The notes below the pieces were generated by a model. It was given only the letters and a program-made list of their open reading frames with translations, was not told the DNA's origin and did not search any database. Positions 17,595-22,088 of a stretch of DNA of 22,088 nt are shown here, in pieces. Within the stretch, counting starts at the first letter, position 1. Each line of letters starts with the position of its first letter. Position numbers and translations under genes: made by a program. This stretch comes from Thermodesulfobacteriota bacterium. Its GTDB lineage: Bacteria; Desulfobacterota_D; UBA1144. The stretch spans positions 1 to 22,088 of the forward strand of contig JAQWMJ010000016.1 in the NCBI GenBank assembly GCA_029246845.1. The letters are read 5' to 3'.

Positions 17595-18310
17595 GAACAA
17601 AACTCAATGTTAACATAGACCATGTTGCTACACTTAGACAGGCAAGACAAGGTTTATTTCCCGACCCTATAGATACTATTAAAATTATAAAAAAGGCTAA
17701 GGCAAGTGGAATAGTAATGCATCTCAGGGAAGATAGAAGACATATACAGCTAAATGATCTTAAAAAATATAGAAAAAAATATAATTTTCATTTGAACTTA
17801 GAAATGGCTCCAACAATTGAGATGATCAACATAGCTAATAGAATTAAACCAAACGTGGTAACTCTTGTTCCGGAAAAACGTATGGAACTTACTACTGAAG
17901 GCGGTTTAAATATAAAGAATAATTATAGTGACTTGCAGAACTTACTTAAAAAAATATCTAAGGATATCAAGATAATGTTTTTCATTGACCCAATTAAGCT
18001 ACAGATTGACCTAGCTCTAAAATTAAAAGCTTATGGTATAGAAATCAACACTGGAAAATATTCCGAGAGCACCCCCTCTTCTGCCGTAAAAGAACTAAAT
18101 AGAATAAAAAAAGCCGCGGCTTATTCAACAGCTCTAAATCTTTATACTGCTGCTGGTCACGGTTTAAACGAAAGTAACCTTGCAATGCTTGTCAAAATTC
18201 GAGATATAAAAGAATATAATATTGGCCACAGTATAATTTCGAATGCAATTTTTTATGGCTTATATGACTCAATTAAGAGAATACAGGATATAATTAATAT
18301 TAATGATTAA
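17591..18310 (+). CDS. pdxJ: Pyridoxine 5'-phosphate synthase
   Basis: VNIDHVATLRQAR, HLREDRRHI, LVPEKR.ELTTEGGL, AGHGL and NIGHSI. Confidence 0.97.
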   Translation: MRTKLNVNIDHVATLRQARQGLFPDPIDTIKIIKKAKASGIVMHLREDRRHIQLNDLKKYRKKYNFHLNLEMAPTIEMINIANRIKPNVVTLVPEKRMELTTEGGLNIKNNYSDLQNLLKKISKDIKIMFFIDPIKLQIDLALKLKAYGIEINTGKYSESTPSSAVKELNRIKKAAAYSTALNLYTAAGHGLNESNLAMLVKIRDIKEYNIGHSIISNAIFYGLYDSIKRIQDIININD

Positions 18311-18662
18311 AGGTATAGGAACAGACATACTTGATATAAAACGATTCGAGAGGATTCACATAACCTGGGGGGATAAACTTATTGATAAATTATTCAATAT
18401 AGATGAAGTACCAAGTTGCTCTTCAAATAAAAAGTTTATTCAAAGTTTGGCGGGTAAGTTTGCAGCTAAAGAAGCAATATCTAAAGCTTTTGGAACTGGA
18501 ATTGGAAGTCATATTTCTTTTAAAGATATAAAGATATTGAACAATAAAAAAGGAAAACCAATAGCAATAATAAAGAAATTAAACTTGGAAGATTCAATAC
18601 ATGTTTCAATATCTCACTCTAATGATTATGCTATTGCGTTTGCTGTGGTTGAAAAATCGTGA
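18303..18662 (+). CDS. acpS: Holo-[acyl-carrier-protein] synthase
   Basis: GIGTDI, FAAKEA.SKA.GTG, GKP and HVSISH. Confidence 0.96.
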   Translation: MIKGIGTDILDIKRFERIHITWGDKLIDKLFNIDEVPSCSSNKKFIQSLAGKFAAKEAISKAFGTGIGSHISFKDIKILNNKKGKPIAIIKKLNLEDSIHVSISHSNDYAIAFAVVEKS

Positions 18663-19000
18663 ACAATACAGTGTTTGGTAAAATAATAAGAAGAGAGATT
18701 CCTGCAGATATTGTATACGAAGACAACTCTACTCTTGCTTTCAAAGATACAAGTCCTCAAGCGCCAATACATATATTAATAATTCCAAAGAAACTAATTG
18801 ATATGCCTCAAAATATTACCACTCAAGATTTAGAAATAGTTGGAAACCTTTTCTTTGCTGCAAAAGAAATAGCAAAAAAATTAAATATAACTAACGGTTA
18901 CAGGCTTGTGATGAATAATGGGGAGGAGGCAGGACAATCAGTTTTTCATATTCATCTACATTTTTTAGCGGGTAGGAAGCTAAATTGGCCACCGGGATAA
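18659..19000 (+). CDS. hinT: Histidine triad nucleotide-binding protein
   Basis: FGKIIRREIPADIVYED, PQAPIH, GQSVFHIHLH and terminal WPPG. GTG start. Confidence 0.95.
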   Translation: MNNTVFGKIIRREIPADIVYEDNSTLAFKDTSPQAPIHILIIPKKLIDMPQNITTQDLEIVGNLFFAAKEIAKKLNITNGYRLVMNNGEEAGQSVFHIHLHFLAGRKLNWPPG

Positions 19001-20247
19001 GTTATAAAAATATAGAATATCTAGAATCGCTAAAAAATAGTAAGAAGCCTGGTCTTGATAACCTTCTCAAAGTTTTACAATTACTTGGTGAGCCACAGTC
19101 CAAACTTAAAAAAACTATTATTGTATCTGGTACAAATGGAAAAGGTACTGTTGCAGCTATATTGAATAGAATATATTCCGATGCTGGCTATAAAGTTGGC
19201 TTGTACACCTCACCTCATCTTGTATCTTTAAATGAAAGAATTAGGATTAAAGATAAAAAAATAAATCTAAAAACTTTGGATAATTATCTTGGGAAAGTAA
19301 TTAAGGTAGGATTGAAAGCTAGGTGTAAATTAAGCTTTTTCGAACTTTTAACAGCTACAGGTATTTTATATTTTGCAGAAAGAAATAATGACCTAAACAT
19401 ATTTGAAGTTGGTCTTGGGGGAAGATTTGATGCGACAAACATAGTAAAATCAAAAATAGGGATAATAACAAACATAGAGATGGATCACATGGAGTACTTG
19501 GGAAACAGTCTCAAAGAAATAGCTTATGAAAAAGTTGGCATTGTAAATAACAACAGTAAGCTAATAACATCTGCAAAACCTAAAACTATAAAAACTATAA
19601 GGAAATATTGCTTAGAAAATTCTACCGAAGTATTTGAACTTAATAATAATTTCAATATTGTTAAAAAAGATAAGTACTATGTATATGAATCTGAGGAATT
19701 AAAGCTAAAATTTCAATCAATACTAGAAGCTAACCACCAGGTAGAAAATCTGGGGGTTGCAGTAAAGACTTCTGAAATTATTAAAAAAGAGTATGGATTA
19801 GAGATTACAAAGAAGCAGCTTAAGGAGTCCCTTAATAAAGCTTTTAATCCTGCAAGATATCAAACAATATCAAAGAAACCTATCTTGATTGTTGATGTAT
19901 CTCACAACTTGCACTCTATCAAAAGTTTAATAGTAAATTTTAGAATCAAATATCCAAATAAGAAAATCAATATAATTATTGGCATGCTGAAAGAAAAAAA
20001 GCCCATTGAATGTATTCGATTACTCAGCAAAATTGCGAAAAAAATATATCTTACAGAAGTTCCAAATCCAAGAAGTTTTAATCCATTTGTAATTACAAAA
20101 AAGCTAAGAGATAAAAAAATTTCTCATATTTCAAATAACGATATAAGATCACTCTTAGCAAACCAAGAGGATTATATAATAACAGGTTCTATATATTTAA
20201 TAGGTTCACTTATAGCTAAAAGATATGTTAAAGTTAAAATAAATTAG
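18985..20247 (+). CDS. folC: Folylpolyglutamate synthase / dihydrofolate synthase
   Basis: GTNGKG, GLYTSPHL...NERI, SFFE, EVGLGGRFDATN, DH..YLG...IAYEK, DVSHN and TGSIYLIG. The TTG start is uncertain. Confidence 0.94.
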   Translation: MATGISYKNIEYLESLKNSKKPGLDNLLKVLQLLGEPQSKLKKTIIVSGTNGKGTVAAILNRIYSDAGYKVGLYTSPHLVSLNERIRIKDKKINLKTLDNYLGKVIKVGLKARCKLSFFELLTATGILYFAERNNDLNIFEVGLGGRFDATNIVKSKIGIITNIEMDHMEYLGNSLKEIAYEKVGIVNNNSKLITSAKPKTIKTIRKYCLENSTEVFELNNNFNIVKKDKYYVYESEELKLKFQSILEANHQVENLGVAVKTSEIIKKEYGLEITKKQLKESLNKAFNPARYQTISKKPILIVDVSHNLHSIKSLIVNFRIKYPNKKINIIIGMLKEKKPIECIRLLSKIAKKIYLTEVPNPRSFNPFVITKKLRDKKISHISNNDIRSLLANQEDYIITGSIYLIGSLIAKRYVKVKIN

Positions 20248-20262
20248 TATAGAGGTGTTTAT

Positions 20263-20619
20263 ATGTCAAAAGTAGCAATTGTAATCTTAGCTGATACTGC
20301 TGGTCCTGGTGACTTTGGAAGAGCTGTGAATGGCCTAATGACTGCTAAAGAATTTAAAGAAGCTGGTGATGAGGTTCAAATAATCTTTGATGGTGCTGGA
20401 ACAAAGTGGATTGGTAAGTTTAATGAAGAAGGGAGTAAGTATGGTCCCTTGTTTGATTCTGTAAAAGACAAGGTTACAGGTGTATGTGGCTATTGTGCAG
20501 GTGCTTTTAAGGTGACTGAAGACGCAACAACTAACAAAATCAATCTAATAGATGAGTATGATGGTCATCCTAGTTTTAAAAAACTAGTAGATGACGGATA
20601 CACCATTCTTACATTTTAG
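20263..20619 (+). CDS. DsrE-like protein, copy 1 (CxxC)
   Basis: RAVNGL..AKE..EAGDEV.IIFDGAGTKW, VCGYCA.AF and GHPS..LV.DGY.ILTF; SD GAGGTG. Confidence 0.85.
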   Translation: MSKVAIVILADTAGPGDFGRAVNGLMTAKEFKEAGDEVQIIFDGAGTKWIGKFNEEGSKYGPLFDSVKDKVTGVCGYCAGAFKVTEDATTNKINLIDEYDGHPSFKKLVDDGYTILTF

Positions 20620-20852
20620 AGTTTTTCAAGTCATTCTGAAATCTTCTATATAATTCTTTTTAACTAAGAGTGATAAATATTTATGAGTAAAATAGCGATT
20701 GTAATATTAGCTGATACCTCTGGTCCTGGTGACTTTGGAAGAGCTGTGAATGGCCTAATGACTGCTAAAGAATTTAAAGAAGCTGGTGATGAGGTTCAAA
20801 TAATCTTTGATGGTGCTGGAACAAAGTGGATTGGTAAGTTTAATGAAGAAGG
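20300..20852 (+). repeat. 133-bp perfect direct repeat inside the two DsrE-like genes (20300-20432 and 20720-20852)
   Basis: Base-by-base comparison at a 420-bp offset. A second identical 26-bp block lies at 20545-20570 and 20965-20990. Confidence 0.95.
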
Positions 20853-21039
20853 AAATAAATATCTATCATTGTTCGAATCAGTTAAAGATAAAATTACTGG
20901 TGTCTGTGAAACTGCAGCTGGAAGATTTGGAGTCAAAGATGATGTGGTTAGTTGTAAAATAGAGCTAATAGATGAGTATGATGGTCATCCGAGCTTTAAG
21001 AATCTAATAGATAATGGATTTACAGTACTTACGTTTTAA
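20683..21039 (+). CDS. DsrE-like protein, copy 2 (CxxA)
   Basis: Same length (118 aa) and collinear with copy 1; VCETAA replaces VCGYCA. Confidence 0.85.
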   Translation: MSKIAIVILADTSGPGDFGRAVNGLMTAKEFKEAGDEVQIIFDGAGTKWIGKFNEEGNKYLSLFESVKDKITGVCETAAGRFGVKDDVVSCKIELIDEYDGHPSFKNLIDNGFTVLTF

Positions 21040-21830
21040 GATTTAGATGAAAGCATTCTATAGTCTTCACCGTTTAATTCAAGAATCTTTGACATTTCAT
21101 AGATTCTTGAGATATTTCTTTTTCCAATCTTATAATCTAAAATTTGGTTTGAATCAGTAGCCTTAAAATTCTTACCATTAAGAAATGCTAAATTAGAATT
21201 AAAAATTGTATGCTTTTTAGAATTATATCTTTTTGCTATAATATTATCCAGAACACTAATTTCCCATTCACTCATTCGAGTTGCACCTAAATCATCAATA
21301 ATCATAACATCGTATCCACAAAGAGTCTCAACGTACTCCTTTTCAGATTGCCCTTTAACGTAAATATCTTTTATATCGGAGAGTAAATCTCTAAATTGCT
21401 TAAAAATACATTTTTGATTATATGCAAAAATTAGTTCAGTCATTATAGAAACAGATAGATGAGTTTTACCAAGACCAGGTAAGCCAACAAAAAAAGGAGG
21501 TAAAATATTTGGAAAATTTTCTAAATACTTAATGCTATATTCTAAAGCATCTTGAATTGATCTTTCTCGTATCTCCCAACCGCCATTGTCTAGCTTTAGA
21601 TTTTTACACTTGGAATATCTTGCTGGAATGCCTGAACAGTTATAAACATCTATTTTCTTCTTTCTATGGCAAAACGAAACACCGTCATTGGTATATATCA
21701 CACCATCAATACATTCCTCACAATTAAAGCCCCTCTTACTTCGTACTTTAGAAAAATCAGAAACACTATAGAACTCTAGATTTTTTAACAATTTATAATC
21801 ATTATATTCAATCTTATTGTTGGTTTTCAT
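21036..21830 (-). CDS. DnaC/IstB-like AAA+ ATPase
   Basis: N-terminal CEEC..C, SGIPARY, Walker A GLPGLGKTHL, Walker B IIDDLG, RYN.KKHTIFNSN, SRIYEM and GEDYR. Confidence 0.85.
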   Translation of the reverse strand: MKTNNKIEYNDYKLLKNLEFYSVSDFSKVRSKRGFNCEECIDGVIYTNDGVSFCHRKKKIDVYNCSGIPARYSKCKNLKLDNGGWEIRERSIQDALEYSIKYLENFPNILPPFFVGLPGLGKTHLSVSIMTELIFAYNQKCIFKQFRDLLSDIKDIYVKGQSEKEYVETLCGYDVMIIDDLGATRMSEWEISVLDNIIAKRYNSKKHTIFNSNLAFLNGKNFKATDSNQILDYKIGKRNISRIYEMSKILELNGEDYRMLSSKS

Positions 21831-21832
21831 AA

Positions 21833-22087
21833 CTATCTTTCTGGAAAAGAGTTAATCATTGCTTTAACTGTTTTCTTGTAATCCTTAGTGCTAAATATGC
21901 CTGTGCCAGAAACGATAATGTTGGCTCCAGCACTTGTTAAACTTGACACATTGTCAGACTTAATTCCTCCATCAACTTGTATTGGTATTTTAAGATTATT
22001 TTCTCTTAGATAAGAACTAAGAACTTTAACTTTCTTTATACATGAGGTTATTATTTTTTGCCCCGCAAATCCGGGCTTAACTGTCAT
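21833..22087 (-). CDS. rpe: Ribulose-phosphate 3-epimerase, 3' part (5' end outside the window)
   Basis: MTVKPGFAGQ, IQVDGGI and AGANIIVSGTGIF. Confidence 0.93.
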   Translation of the reverse strand: MTVKPGFAGQKIITSCIKKVKVLSSYLRENNLKIPIQVDGGIKSDNVSSLTSAGANIIVSGTGIFSTKDYKKTVKAMINSFPER

Positions 22088-22088
22088 T

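Noticed and set aside
730..19475. Antisense ORFs in the track: 730-972, 1812-2015, 3113-3322, 3608-3805, 4604-4876, 4931-5635, 8811-9197, 11744-12205, 14110-14361, 14370-14750, 15249-15443, 16949-17185, 17381-17650, 19284-19475
   Set aside because: They lie opposite better-supported genes, have the Ser/Leu/Phe/Ile-rich or otherwise motif-free composition of reverse-strand shadows, and show no family signatures.
20263..21039. DsrE repeat pair as a diversity-generating retroelement TR/VR
   Set aside because: The mismatches are not restricted to adenines of one copy, both copies are full genes, and no reverse transcriptase is present.
21036..21830. IS21 element based on the IstB-like ATPase
   Set aside because: There is no istA transposase or terminal repeat, and the gene is tightly coupled to rpe.

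Overview
AT-rich, very gene-dense bacterial chromosomal segment with short intergenic gaps and many abutting or overlapping genes, consistent with a streamlined genome. The ftsH-folP-glmM-pdxJ-acpS order recalls deltaproteobacteria-like lineages; marine Dadabacteria is a plausible but unverified guess. The left 4 kb is an accessory, defence-like island. It holds an HTH-less WYL-domain protein with a C-terminal transmembrane helix, a divergent membrane protein, two DpnII-type GATC adenine methyltransferases (DpnM/Dam-like and DpnA-like), a convergent single-domain MutH/Sau3AI-family nuclease and a Lys-rich orphan. The island ends at a 28-bp dif-like XerC/XerD site (4074-4101). Next come typA, arsC, sixA, small membrane and secreted proteins, a GH73 glucosaminidase, DUF465, DUF805, two SDRs, an FmdB zinc ribbon, DUF1802, a CDF transporter lacking its C-terminal domain and cysK. 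These are followed by the ftsH-folP-glmM-pdxJ-acpS-hinT-folC cluster, two tandem DsrE-like paralogues, a DnaC/IstB-like ATPase and the 3' part of rpe. About eleven genes have a -10 hexamer 5-7 nt before the ATG, suggesting widespread leaderless mRNAs. No rRNA, tRNA, CRISPR array, transposase or integrase was seen. All family calls come from motif recognition by eye; no searches were run.
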